This document shows, in pieces, positions 50,400 through 63,117 of a stretch of DNA of 64,000 bases. A program made the position numbers and the translations under genes. The notes beneath the pieces are model-generated. The model was not told the origin of the DNA. It ran no database searches and saw only the letters and a list, made by a program, of their open reading frames with translations. Every line of letters starts with the position of its first letter. Within the stretch, counting starts at the first letter, position 1. Source of the DNA: Sphaerodactylus townsendi (Eukaryota). The stretch is from assembly GCF_021028975.2 (NCBI RefSeq), contig NC_059436.1, positions 25,048,001-25,112,000 on the forward strand, read 5' to 3'.

Positions 50400-51424
50400 A
50401 AAATGACTCCTTGCTTATGGATGGGAAAAAATAATTGAACAGAAAGCATAGAGTAGGAATAAACGGACAGTTCCCTCCGTGGAAGAAGCGAGCAGTTGGG
50501 TCCTGCAGGATCAGGATCAGCACAGGTGCCAGGCAGGCCAAGCAGCGGAGTGGCCACATTTGTGGATAAGCCCTAGTTATTCAGTACAGCGAGAAACAGG
50601 GCAGATTGCAAAGATCTCTCAGATGGTCTCTCTCTCTCAGTGGGATGGGTGGGCAGCAACGTGGCAAATGAAGTTCACCGTTGATGAGTAAAAGGCGATG
50701 CACGCTTCGAACAAAACATCCTGACTCCCAATATGAATCCCGATGAGGTCTGAACTGGTCGAGGCTGAGGGGGGAAGGGATCCGAGCGCTAGAATGTAAT
50801 GAAAATGTCGACTCAGAGCACAGCAGCAGTGGGAAAAGGCGGGTGGCGTGCTGGGGGTTATTAGGAGAGGGGTAGAAAACGAAACAGCCAAGATTGCGAA
50901 GCCCGTGTATAGCTCTAGCAGCGCAGTCTCACCAAGAGTGCAGCGTACAGTTTGGGTCACTGCCAAGCGAGTTGCAAAAAAGTGGGTTGCAGAGGCAGAA
51001 GACAATGCAGTAAAAGCAAGAAGAAGATACATACAATAAATGTTGCAATCGACTATAATCCCATTCCCTTGTAAAAACAACCTCCTGGACTGTTATGTTG
51101 TACTGCAGCTTGAATTCCTTTATAAAAAGGCCTTCCTGGACAGTTCTGTTTTGCATATTCTATGAAATGATAGATTGGGGCATGACAGAGGTTTATAAAA
51201 TTATGCATGGGGTGCAGAAAGTGGATAGAGGGAGCTATTTCTCCTTCTCCTATAATACAAGAACTCAGGGGCACCCCGTGAGGTTGACGGGCAATGAATT
51301 CAGGATGGACAAAAGGAAGAATTTCTCTGCTCAATGGCATATTAAATTGCGGGATTCACTGCCAGAGGATGCTCTGATGGCTGCAAACACAGAGGCCTGA
51401 TATGGAAATTAGGAAGGTGCACAG

Positions 51425-51452
51425 AGGAGGAGGAGGAGGAGGAGGAGGAGGA
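51425..51452. repeat. (GGA)n microsatellite within the CR1 3'UTR
   Basis: Read directly from the sequence. Confidence 0.95.
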
Positions 51453-51568
51453 GAGGTCTATCAGTGGCTACTGGCCATGGGAACTGAAGGGAACCTCCAC
51501 AGTCAGGGAAAGTAAAGTTTTGAATCCCGGTGCTGGGAGGCAACATCAGGGGAAGGTCTCTGCCTTTG

Positions 51569-51834
51569 GGCCTTTCTCCAGTCACCATTTGCTGCACACT
51601 ACTCTTGCCAAATAGCATGGGGTCCAGCAGCACTCCCCACTACAGAGGCGGCAACAACGCAGCCGCCCCAACTCTGCCGCTCTCACGCCCCCTCAGAGCG
51701 CGTCATTTCTGGCGCTGCTGAAAACAGGGTTTGATGACCCTGCGGCAGTGGGGAAGCCGGGGAACACAATTCCGGCGCTGAAAAGGTCCACGCCGGATGA
51801 AACCAACGTCATTTTTAAAAGTGGGGAAACAGCC
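51569..51834. mobile_element. PIF/Harbinger-like MITE nested in the CR1 3'UTR
   Basis: Imperfect TIRs GGCCTTTCTCCAGT and AGTGGGGAAACAGCC. tttg on both sides. Removing it restores a continuous CR1 UTR. Confidence 0.65.
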
Positions 51835-52999
51835 TTTGTCCCCTGTTTTTGATCCTCCAGAGAGGAACTGATGGATTGCTGTGTGAGACAGGACGCTGAG
51901 CTAGATGGACGTCTGGTCTGATCCAGCTGGATTCTTATGCTTTTGGATATGAATATTTTTCATGTCCATCTTTAACTTAATATTCCAGGGTTATCCTGTG
52001 GCTTAACCCTTTTATAGGCTCATCCTTAGAAAAGCTGAACCAGTAAGATGAAAAAAATGTGTGTCTGAGCACATGCCGAGTGCCCTCACTCTCCCCATTA
52101 CTCAGTCCCCACAATCAGCTCCCAGGGATGGGGTTTCAGAAGGGCTTATGGAGCAAGGCCCTATTGTCTGCGAGGCCCTGTTGTGTGAGAAATTAAGCAG
52201 TTTTCCTTTCTCATATAGAAAGTAACATTTTGCACAATGTTTTTCCAACTGTGTAGAATTTTTATTTCTGAAAAGGGATACTTCTTCCTGAAAAGGAAAC
52301 GTTTCCCTTTCTCTTCTCTTCAAACAATTTAAATAAATTCACCCCCAATGATCCTTTGAGGAAAAGAGATCACCAGTATTTTCTCGAATGTAGAGGAAAC
52401 TCTCTCTTCCGCAAGGGCTCGGAGGGCTGCAGAGCCCTGTCATGTTTCTCTTTAATGAGCCTTTTGATCAAATGCACCTGGTGGGGCTGGGGACCCAAGA
52501 AGAGAGGGATCTTCCACCACGGTCAGTGTGTTAATGAAAGTTGGGCCTCTGGAGGAAGGCCAAAAGGCCCAGGAATCTTCTCTAACAAATATTCTTGGCA
52601 GCCTTGGAAAGTGAAGTCGGGAGCATCTTTTTAGCCTCCAAAACTAGGCATACTTCTCCAAATATTTATTTTATTTTATTGGACTCATACCACACTTGTT
52701 CCCATTTGAAAACGGGCTCAGGGCAGCTTACAAATGTGAAAATGCCATATAATACTACTGTACTACATCAATTGCCTCATTCATTTTGGATTGTCTCATC
52801 AGAGGGTTTTTGAGATGGTCAGAAGTGGTTTACCGTTGCTTTCTTCTGCACAGAACTAACTAGGGCTAGCTGAAGTTTACACAACAGCTACAAGAATAAC
52901 ATCGCATTCCAAGAGCAAGAAGAAAACAGAGAGTAGTGCTCAAAACACAGAAAGATATCTGCGAATCTGGACGCGTCCTTGCTAGGCCTCTGAAATGAA

Positions 53000-53520
53000 G
53001 TGATTTAGATTTAGAAACCTTTAATGGCATATATATAAATTATACAATGGAAATTAAAATTGGCTGGTAAAAAATTTTAAAAAAAACAAGCATCAGGAGA
53101 GCTGGAATATTAAGCCACTGGATTGGGTTTGAGTCTGCTAAGCATTTGGGAATGTTCAGTGATGACAACACACAAAAATCTGGCAGTTTGTTCGATGGTA
53201 ACAGTTGAGTTGCTGTCTAGCAAGAACAAAGTTTTGACAGCATCTGTAGTGTTGCCTAGATCAGCTAAGAGAGGGTTAAGTAGTCTTTCCCGCTCTACAG
53301 CATATAAAGGGCAATATAATAGAACATGATGGACGGTTTCCTCAAGACCAGGATTGCAGGTGCAAGATCTATCAGAGGATGGAAGATGGTGCTCTCTGTT
53401 GTATCGTCTGGTAGAAGGAAGAGCATTGAAATGAAGTGTTGCATTCCTTCTGCTCTACCTGAAAAAGATAAGTGTTAAAACTGGAGCTGAGCTGAGAGGG
53501 ATCACAGTTCAAATCTTTCC
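53000..53520 (-). mobile_element. RTE-X-like LINE 3' end
   Basis: Reverse complement FNALPS...DRSCTCNPGLEETVHHVLLYCPLYAVER. (TCTAAA)n tail. Confidence 0.7.
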
Positions 53521-54095
53521 CACTATAGTGAAAGGTGACCCTCTGACACTTTGGGGGAGGATCACTTTGTAAGGCAGACAAAAGTGTTCCCCTCTGAAGG
53601 CCATTTGGAATTAGGACAGTTGTGGGTTGGTTGGAATCACACATGTGACTGATCCAGGAAGCATGGCTTGCCACCTCTGATTCACTGTGCCAGATCTTAA
53701 CCAATCCAAAACCCCAGGACACCATGACAACTAGAAATTGCATTGTGGCACCTAGAATTTGCAGCAATTATTTTATGGTAGCATCTAGAAATGCTAGTAT
53801 GAGGCGGGATATAAATACTATGAATAAAATAAATAAATGAAATCTGTCAGCAATTCTGAGTGAAAGAACAGAGGGTTGGATCCAATCAGCTTTTCAGGTA
53901 AAGAAAAGGGGAGGCGTGATCCACTTTAAACCCCAAAAAGGCTATCTTTGGGTTCATGGGATCAGACCTGCATGGATACAGCCATATAATGAGGAAAAGC
54001 TTTGTCCAAGTCTGAAGGAAAGGCAGGTGGGATCCTATTGCATCAAAACGTTTTGTTGTTTAACATGCAAATGAATGTGCAAAACATTCTTGTCA

Positions 54096-54258
54096 AAGGC
54101 TTTCACGGCCGGAATCACTAAGGTGTTGTGGGTTTTCCGGGTTGTATGGCCGTGTTCTAGAGGATCTGAAGATCCTCTGAAGATGCCAACCAGAGATGCA
54201 GGTGAAAGATCAGGAGAAAATGCTACTGGAACATGGCCATACAACCTGGAAAACCAAC
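54096..54258 (-). mobile_element. Penelope-derived palindromic element with hammerhead motif
   Basis: 13-bp TSD aacattcttgtca at 54083-54095 and 54259-54271. TCCT-CTGAAGA...GAAA-GATC-AGGA at about 54173-54215. Confidence 0.85.
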
Positions 54259-55838
54259 AACATTCTTGTCATTGTTTGTATATGTATACACTTAATTTTT
54301 CACTGGTCAGTTGTGGTGGATGAATTCATTTCTCAACCAGATGCCTCCTATATGGCCTCCAGTACTCAATTAAATGGAGATTTTACAAGCAATAAAGTAA
54401 TTGTGAGAAATTGGGAAGAATTACTGTGGGGATGAGAAGATGATAAACTGCAGTGTTTTTATCAAAACTTTAATAAAATGGTGGGAAAATGTGAAGATCG
54501 GTGAGGCTGGGTAGTAGTAATAATTACAAAATCCGATCATTAAAAATGAAAGCCTGGAGATGAAAAATGAGTCTGGCTCCTAAATGTTTGGGCTGTTTCC
54601 TCGAGTCAAAGAAAACGGGTCAGGGACTGAATTACGCCGTTACGTCATCATCACATTCACTATGTGACCTCTGAATGGCTGGAAGCTCTGAAGGAAGATG
54701 AAAACAGAGGAAATAGGAAGGGAGAGAAAACAGGGGCTAAAAGTCAGGGGAGGGAATCTATTGGGCTCCCAAAACACTCCTGTTCCTCCCTGAATAACGG
54801 GCATAGCCTTGCTTAAAACAAGCCTCTGAAAACACGCCGTCTCTTCCTTCCTCCGGGCAAAGAGTCAGCATTCTCCTCCCTCGTCTCTAGGCTTCTCCCC
54901 AGGAGTGACCCCCTTACAACCATGATTTAATACAATGGAAGAGACACAGGAGGCAACCTATCTCCCATCCACCCCTCTTCCAGCTTAATGAGCAGACTTG
55001 TGCTTTTCAATCTGTCTGTGACCTTCCCCGGTTCTCCGCAACCCCTGAAGTTCTTGTCAGAATGGATGTGAGGCGTTTAATAAGGTGTCTGTCTAACTGC
55101 TTGCAACAGGAGCCCCTCAGATATGCCATGAGAGGCCTTTCCTTTAACCAACGTAGAAAAAGAAAAAGAAAACAGATTAGAGTGACTGATCAGGCTTCCT
55201 CCCCAACCCTAAGACAGTCTAATTCTAAAGCTGGCGACGCAGAGGTTGGTGGGTTCACTGTTTGCTCCATCCTTGGAGTGGATCAAAGGAGCTTTGTTCC
55301 TCCAGTCTCGCGTTGGAGATGGAGACGCAGATGTCAACTCCAGTCCAAAGAGCTCCTTCAGCTTCTCGGGTAAAAGCTTAACTCCCTCCTGGCTCTATAT
55401 TTATCATCATTAAGCGCCTTCCCAGCAAAAGGTGAGTGCCAAACAGAGCGAAAGGTTTGTCTTGACTCATCCCCACTTTGACAGCTCCTGCTCTGAGAAA
55501 CTGGTTTATAACTGACACACTTCGCTGGATCATGACAGATATCCCTCCGGCAGTGACTGTAACATATAAATAACTCCACCGCAGACCTTTTCCTCCGGCC
55601 GCAGTCAAACGGTTCTTCGTGAAGAGCCAAAAAGCACACCAGTCATTCAAACACCCCCTCAGAGGAGAGGACCCTTCATCTCTGCCCTTGTAGGACGAAC
55701 AACGGTCCACACGTGGAGTCTGGTTGCTAGATGATGCCAAACTAATGGAAATACAGATTCAGAAATCTTCCAGGTTTCCCCAGATCACCAAACTGAATGT
55801 GAAACATTTTCCCCCAAATCTGAATTTGGAGCACTTTT

Positions 55839-56107
55839 GGGGGCGTTTCCCCACTCTTCACGATCCCCCCTATGCTGCGCGCTGCTCTCAGTGCGTGGCA
55901 TCCCTGGCACGTGGCCAGGCGTCCCCACAACCCCACGAAAGGCGCCGTTTGCAAGAGCGCCTGGAATGCCGTGTGCTGAGGGGGCATGACAGCAGCAGCG
56001 TTGGGGCGGCTGCACTGTCGCCGCCCCTGACGTGGGGAGTGCCGGGGGACCCCGCGCTACTTGAGGAGAGTAGCGCGGGGCTTAAGGTAAGTGGGGAAAG
56101 GCCCTCT
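55839..56107. mobile_element. PIF/Harbinger-like CpG-rich MITE
   Basis: TIRs GGGGGCGTTTCCCCACT and AGTGGGGAAAGGCCCTC. TSD not intact. Confidence 0.65.
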
Positions 56108-56423
56108 GATGCACTTGATTGGGTGGTTCATGTTTTCAAATCAAGTGCCTCAGATATTGAACCCCACCGAACACAGCCTCACAACGCCTGCAAAGCCCCC
56201 ACGGCCACGTCAGGCTTCCAGCGCAGAAGACCCAGCACTGAAATCAGCTCATACTGGATGTCAAATACAAATATACTGAATATTCACAAAGGATTTGGAG
56301 GGGGATTCTGAGACTAAATGGGCTTCAGCTCTGCTTAAGTGTGGTTCCCGCATATTGATCAGCTGGTTCTCTGTCATTTAGCAACTTCACTGCAGATTAC
56401 TTGCAACTGAATTAGTCACCTAA

Positions 56424-56580
56424 NNNNNNNNNNNNNNNNNNNNNNNNNNNNNNNNNNNNNNNNNNNNNNNNNNNNNNNNNNNNNNNNNNNNNNNNNNNNN
56501 NNNNNNNNNNNNNNNNNNNNNNNNNNNNNNNNNNNNNNNNNNNNNNNNNNNNNNNNNNNNNNNNNNNNNNNNNNNNNNNN
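56424..56580. other. Assembly gap
   Basis: Run of N. Confidence 1.
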
Positions 56581-56692
56581 ACAAAACAAACCAGGAACCA
56601 GGTCGTCCATTCAGGAGATAGTGGGTGTGGAGATATTCCTGAAAAGTTTGTTCTGTCTCCTTCATTGGGGCTAGACTTGGCAGCAACCACAC

Positions 56693-56895
56693 ATGAATCT
56701 CGCCTTATAGCGCCTTATACTGAATCAGACCTTTGGTGCCTCGAGGTGTTGCCTGCTCAGTCTGGCAGCAGCATTCCAGGATCTCAAGCAAAGGTCTTTT
56801 GCAGCACCTGCTGCCTGGTACTTCTAACTGGAAGTGTCGGGGGTTGAACCTGAAACCTTCTGCACACAAATTGCTGCCCACAAACAGCCATTCCG
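56693..56895 (-). mobile_element. tRNA-Ala-derived SINE with CR1-type tail
   Basis: gccttatactgaatcagacc...ggggttgaacctgaaaccttctgca. Confidence 0.7.
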
Positions 56896-56930
56896 CACAC
56901 AGCAATTGCTCCACCCTGATTCTGATCCAC

Positions 56931-57470
56931 CCTGGAGCACCTTCCCTATGAGGAGAGGCTGCAGCGTTTGGGACTCTTTAGTTTGGAGAGGAGATGTCTG
57001 AGGGGGGATAGGATTGAAGTCTATAAAATTATGCCTGGGGGAGAAAATGTTGACAGAGAGAAATGTTTCTCTCTTTCTCACAATACTAGAACCAGGGGGC
57101 ATCCATTGAAAGGGGGAAGAATTAGGACTAATAAAAGGAAACACTTCTTCACGCAACGTGTGATTGGTGTTTGGAAGATGCTGCCACAGGAGGTGGTGAT
57201 GGCCACTCACCTGGATAGCTTTAAAAGGGGCTTGGACAGATTTATGGAGGAGAAGTCGATTTATGGCTACCAATCTTGATCCTCTTTGATCTGAGATTGC
57301 AAATGCCTTAGCAGACCAGGTGCTCAGGAGCAGCAGCAGCAGCAGAAGGCCGTTGCTTTCACCTCCTGCATGTGAGCTCCCAAAGGCACCTGGTGGGCCA
57401 CTGCGAGTAGCAGAGAGTTGGACTAGATGGACTCTGGTCTGATCCAGCTGGCTTGTTTTTATGTTCTTAT
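56931..57470 (+). mobile_element. Young CR1 3' end
   Basis: [13 protein letters not shown]...KHFFTQRVIGVW. TTCTTAT tail. Confidence 0.95.
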
Positions 57471-57529
57471 CCCCTCCCCTTTCCTGATTCACACTCTCCT
57501 GGCGTCACTCTGAACAAGGGATAAGCACA

Positions 57530-57720
57530 AGAAGCCATCTCGGGCTGATCTGATCTAGACCATTTTCCCAGCTACCCCAGAACTGTCTCTTCTGATGGGT
57601 GGCTTCTGCCTTTGGTCCAAGGCACAGGAGGTCTTTCTGCACAGCAGCCCCCTGAGATGTTGGGGACTGGACCTGGAATTTTCTGTAGGCATGCAGGTCA
57701 TCTGCCACCAAGCTTTCAGT
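57530..57720 (-). mobile_element. Diverged tRNA-derived SINE
   Basis: gagatgttggggactggacctggaattttctg...tctgccaccaagc resembles the reverse complement of the 63118 head. Confidence 0.5.
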
Positions 57721-58269
57721 GGAACACCTCTGGCCATTTGACGAAGCTCATGAGCCAGCTTGCAGAGTGGAGGGGAGGGGAGGGCCCTTCAGCTGCATGA
57801 ACCAGAAAGCGAATCTGTTTGCATGCAGGACAATGAGAATTAAAGTTAAAAAGTCAGGCTTTGTTTGCCATGTTGGAAGCTCAAAGAGTTAATTTGGTAG
57901 TTTTCATTTTGTTGCTATGAAACATAATCACCAGCTAATTAGCGAGAGTCCGTTATTCTGATATAATTACAGGATATTACATAAATAATCGGGGAGAGGG
58001 AGCTATAATGGGAAAGGGGGGGTCTGTTGGGTGCTGCTGTTTTTTCTCAGTCGATTAAGAGGGGTCTCTAACTTACAACGGGGGCGGGGGGAAGCTGGAT
58101 GAGCGCAGGAATCTTCCCTGAGTCAGCTGCTGAGATAATACCCAAACTATTCTTTTTACACTCTGATAAGATTTGGGTGCCTTGCAACGCCCCTTTGGGC
58201 TGGGCCTATGAATGGTGTGATGTACTGGGCCCATGTGTTGGACTAGGCCCATAGGATGGGTGTGGTGTG

Positions 58270-58425
58270 GTGCAGCCCAATCCCATAAGATCTCAGAAGC
58301 TAAGCGGGAACAACACTTGGAAGCCTCTGCAGAGAAAGCCATGGCCCACCACCTCTGCTTCTCACTTGCCTGGAAAGCCCCTTGCTGGGGTGACCACCGT
58401 AAATCAACTGAATTAGACAGCAGAG
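58270..58425 (+). mobile_element. 5S rRNA-headed SINE with Sauria/BovB-type tail (5S-Sauria-like)
   Basis: gatctcagaagctaagc...cacttgga resembles the 5S internal promoter, then ccatggcccaccacctctg...cttgcctggaaagccc...ggggtgaccaccgtaaatca. Confidence 0.65.
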
Positions 58426-59207
58426 CGTGGTTATGTGCCACGTTGCCTTTCCCTGGAAAAGAACTTGGCTAAAAATATCCCTTTTGGATCGGGCCACAGT
58501 TTATGTAGCTTCACCGTCTTTCCGTGGCCCTGACCCACCAGAAGCCACGAGGGTGCTTGAAAGCACTTTGCATGGGTGGGGTAGCCCTGCCCGCTGTCTG
58601 CCCCAGACTCAGCTTTTGTGCCAGGCAAAGGCTCCAGAACCAAACCCCCCGCTGTTGCTGCATGGGGGAGGGGGGTGAGGCCTGGCCTCTGCACGGGAAA
58701 AGAGTTCCTGTGGTCCTGGCCCTCAGACTGGAATTGCTTCTTGCTGCTTATTTCAGTGCCTGCGGAAACCACAGAGAGGGCATGGCAACACAAAAGATCA
58801 CACTCGCACACACACCCTGCTGCCACTGCTGCCACAACAGCCACATCCTCTCCAGGCCCCTCAATGCATCCAGTTTCAGAGCAAAATAAGAACCGTGTCT
58901 CTGTCTCCTGGAGCTCATGAGGAGAAATGAGCGATTCCATCAGGAGAGCAGAGGGGAGAGGAGGCCGGAGGGCTGGCCTTCGCGGTGGCCGTGACATTCT
59001 CCAGAAGCTGGTCATCAGCACAGGCGAGCTGGCCGCAGCCTTGGCCAGAGAAGAGCAGCACAGCCAATGAAGAGCCTGCTGAGTCCTGGGCCGGAGACTC
59101 AGGCCTGCGGTTCAGAGTGCTGAAGGAGTCCCTTCTGCAGACTTTCATCCTGGCGTCATCCACAATCTTCAGCTGCTGCAAGGTAGCTGCAGTGCTTCAA
59201 AACCCCG

Positions 59208-59397
59208 GGATGGTTGTTGTGGACCTTCCGGGCTTTGTGGCCGTGGTCTGGGCACACTTCTCTCTGTGACACACCTCTGAAGATGCCAGCCACAGGTGCA
59301 GGTGAAACGTTAGGAACAAGATCCACCAGACCACGGCCACACAGCCCGGAAAGCCCACCACAACCAGTTGAGCCTGGCCATGAAAGCCTTTGACAAT
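59208..59397 (+). mobile_element. Penelope-derived palindromic element with hammerhead motif (59274-59314)
   Basis: Same subfamily as the 45.3 kb copy. CCT-CTGAAGA...GAAA-cGTT-AGG with an inverted 5' arm. Confidence 0.85.
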
Positions 59398-61146
59398 CGC
59401 CCGATAGTCATTTGACCAGAGATGGGAGCAGGAGCAGGGATGAGGGGTGAGCCAGGATTTCTCCCAAGCCTCCATCAAAGGAGCAACCAAGAAGGTGACT
59501 AAGTGTCACCTGGCCAGTGTCTCTGGCCCTCTCGGTTGGTGCCCACTGGCCCAGGTGCCGGGAAACCACCCCAAGGAGGGAGACAAAGGTAAGGGGGCAT
59601 TGCCAGGTTCTGCAGAGAGCCAGGCCTGGATTTTTTTCGGCAGCAGTGAAAAGGGAGGAACAGCCGCTCTCCATCCCCTTTGCCTCCCTCATTCATCACT
59701 GTCACATCTGGAGAGGTTTTTTATTTAACAACCAATTTATTTCCAATTTAACTAATCTCGGGCTGCAGCATCTCGCACAAACACACCGAAGGCGTCGGCT
59801 GCTGTAAATAGACTTACAGGCCACACCAGTTAATATAAACTCCCATCAAAGTGCATCAGGCAGCACAGAGATACCAAGGGGAGATTGCCGGGCCTCTCAA
59901 ATATGCACAGGGGCATGCTAAGCGCCGGCTCCCCACCCTCCCCTCTGCTTCGCCCAGCTCCGAGAGCTGGTTAGATTTATATCTCTGCCTTCCGGATCGC
60001 CCCGTCTCACCTTGAGCAGGCAGCCAAAGCTTTCATAAACAATTTATGGGGAGATAATACAGAGAGACTCAGAGGCCGGGGCTGGGGGGGGGGGGCAGGG
60101 GAGGCACGGCGGCAATCAGCAAAAGGACACTGTCTATTTCCCCAGAACCTGCCGCTCAGTTCATAACTCCCATCTCGGCAGCGTTGTTGTCCCTTTGCCC
60201 GTCAGGTTGCGTGGCAGCTCTTCAGAGCGCTCCGGAGAGAACCACTGCTCTTCATAAGGACAGATCTGCCAAGGGAAAGGGGCTGCGGAACAGGTGGCCA
60301 CAAGACCCCTGAATGAGCCCAGGGATCCCCAGTCACCCAAAGGGCAAGCCACCGAAGGCTCTTTGGAATCTCGGCAGGCCTCCCCCGGCCCCGGCTTGGC
60401 CAGGAAAGGCCGTTGCCTGCCCGCCTGCCTCCTCCTCGGGCACCACACAGTGGCTGTTTCTCCTCTGGAAAGATAAACCCCGAGCCACACTTCAAAGGCA
60501 GAGGATGCTTTTCAAGCATTTACTTCTTCTTAAAAGCCCCCCTCCCGGTTCTGATCTTTCCCTAAGCCCCTGACTGTAGCAAGATAAATAAGTCCTCCGT
60601 GAGGTGTTTTTATCCAGCCGGGGCTCTCGACAGACCCAGCCGAAGACTGGCTTATGTCGCTGTTGAAACAGACAAGAGATGCTCAATGCCATGGCCTGTC
60701 AGCACAGAGCATCGCTGGCACTTCAGCGCCGCAGGAGGTCTCGGGTCCCTCCCGCTGGCTGCCTCTGACTGCTGCAGAGTGCGCCTGGATGGTGGCAGTT
60801 TTGATCTCCGAAGACAGGCTCCTGCATCTGCCCCACAAAAGCATTCGCCAGAGAAGTCAAACAAGTCAGAGGCGGGCCCCACGCCTGCTGCTGAACCATA
60901 TCGGCGCATCGTTTCTCGTGTCAGCTTATACACTGCCAAAGCAGCAGGACATTTCCCCCGGGAGGGGAGTCGTTTCCCCCACCATCCTTCCTCAGCTGGG
61001 CTTGAACTTGTGACCTTTGACTTCCTAGCCAAAGTCAGGTCCACACCACCATGCAGCTCGAATCCCAGTTCAGCTCCAGACATTCCCACTCAGCTTCACT
61101 TCCCCATCAAAACTATGGTGGTAAGACTGGCATTAATCACAGGTGT

Positions 61147-62099
61147 AGGGTGGTGAGAACCACAAAGGATTGCGAAGAGCTCCAAGCGGACCTTGATAAA
61201 TTAGGTGAGTGGGCTAAGAAATGGCAAATGCAGTTCAATGTAGCAAAATGCAAAGTGATGCACATAGGGGCAAAAAATCCAAACTTCACATACACGCTAC
61301 AGGGGCCAGTGCTATCAGTCACAGACCAGGAAAGGGATTTGGGCATCTTAGTTGACAGTTCCATGGGAATGTCAACTCAATGCATGGCAGCTGTGAAAAA
61401 GGCAAACTCTATGCTGGGGATCATTAGGAAAGGAATTGAGAATAAAACTGCAAAGATTGTCATGCCCTTATATAAAGCAGTGGTGCGACCGCACTTGGAG
61501 TAATGTGTCCATTTCTGGTCGCCGCATCTCAAAAAGGATATTGAGGAGATAGAAAAAGTGCAACGAGGATGATTGAGGGACTGGAGCACCATCCCTATGA
61601 GGAGAGGCTGCAGCATTTGGGACTCTTTAGTTTGGAGAGGAGACGTCTGAGGGGGAAATGATTGAAGTCTATAAAATTATGCATGGGGTAGAAAATGTTG
61701 ACAGAGAGACATTTTTCTCTCTTTCTCACAATACTAGAACCAGGGGGCATTCATTGAAAATGCTGGGGGGAAGAATGAGGACTAATAAAAGGAAACACTT
61801 CTTCACGCAACGTGTGATTGGTGTTTGGAATATGCTGCCATAGGAGGTGGTGATGGCCACTAACCTGGATAGCTTTAAAAGGGGCTTGGGCAGATTTATG
61901 GAGGAGAAGTCGATTTATGGCTACCAATCTTGATCCTCTTTGATCTGAGATTGCAAATGCCTTAACAGACCAGGTGATCGGAAGCAACAGCCACAGAATG
62001 TGAGCTCCCAAAGGCACCTGGTGGGCCACTGCGAGTAGCAGAGAGCTGGACTAGATGGACTCTGGTCTGATCCAGCTGGCTTGTTCTTATGTTCTTATG
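61147..62099 (+). mobile_element. Young CR1 3' fragment with ORF2 C-terminus (premature stops)
   Basis: DCEELQADLDKLGEWAKKWQMQFNVAKCKVMHIG...LYKAVVRPHLE*. (TTCTTATG)2 tail. Confidence 0.96.
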
Positions 62100-63092
62100 T
62101 GCTGCTCTTTCTTCCTTCAAAGTCTTTGGTCTGGGGATGCAATTTCCCAGAATTACAATTCATCTCCCAACTATAGAGACCGGTTTCTTAGGAGAAAATG
62201 GCTGCTTTGGAGGGCGGGCCCCACTAAGATCCCTCCTGTTATCAGCGCCCCCCCCCCCAAAGGCTCCATCCCCAAATCTACAGGAATTTCTCAAATGGGA
62301 GTCAGTGCCCCTACTTTTATAGTCTGCAAAATTCCCCGAGCAAAGTATAAATGTCTGTACTGTGAGCCTGTGTTACCCGCACCTCTCAGGCCAAATGGTA
62401 GGGGAAGCCAGCCTAGAGAGCCCTCATTTTCCTTCTTCCCTGCCAGTGAAGAGGGGTGCTGCGTGACTCAGCGGCTGGCTTGCAGAATATTTATCCTTGG
62501 TCAACCTGGCAAAAAGGAGTGATGGGCGCACTTAGGGGAAGGGCCGGACTCCGCCACACCCTCCGAGTCGTGGTCCCACTCGCTCCGAGCTTCCTGGCCT
62601 CCTGGGCAAACTCCCTCGTCTATCAGCAAAACTCACATTGGTTGCCAAATTTCCGATTCGTTTAAATATCTTTGGTGGGGTTCCACTTCAGTGTGGCTTT
62701 TTCAAAGAGACAACGGCTGTCTGCCTTGAAGCATTTTTCCCCCTTTGATAAATGGGTAGAAAGGTTTGCTTTGCATCCGCATGATGGGGCCATTTCATGC
62801 AGCCGCACTCGATGGGCACCCACCAGCCAGGCACAAGAAAATGAGTGGGGGCGGAGGGGGGGGAAGCATTGGTGATCCTGTGGCAGGGAGGCTGAGAAAG
62901 CCAGCGGCGCACGGGCCCTTAATAGGCTGCATCGATGCTCAGTCAGAAGCCGCAAACAGCCTTGGGAACTGAGTTAGCCGAGGCGAGCCTCCACAAAACA
63001 TTTCCTAGGCGGAGAATTGGGGCAGGCGGTCTGGACAGCTGAGTGAGGCGGCTCCGTCAACACCCAGGACGCATCACCTCCTGACAGGGCGA

Positions 63093-63110
63093 GTGTGTGT
63101 GTGTGTGTGT
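63093..63110. repeat. (GT)n microsatellite
   Basis: Read directly from the sequence. Confidence 0.9.
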
Positions 63111-63117
63111 TTGGGAA

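Larger units (their letters stand above)
50610..51939 (+). mobile_element. Old CR1 3' fragment with interruptions
   Basis: WAATWQMKF, LGVIRRGVENETAKI and MTEVYKIMHG...RTQGHP. Terminal ctagatggac...ggtctgatccagc...ttcttatg. Confidence 0.85.

Noticed and set aside
55724-56311. CpG-rich ORF with an apparent splice donor (AAGgtaagt near 56085)
   Set aside because: The CpG-rich part and the donor lie inside a TIR-bounded MITE.
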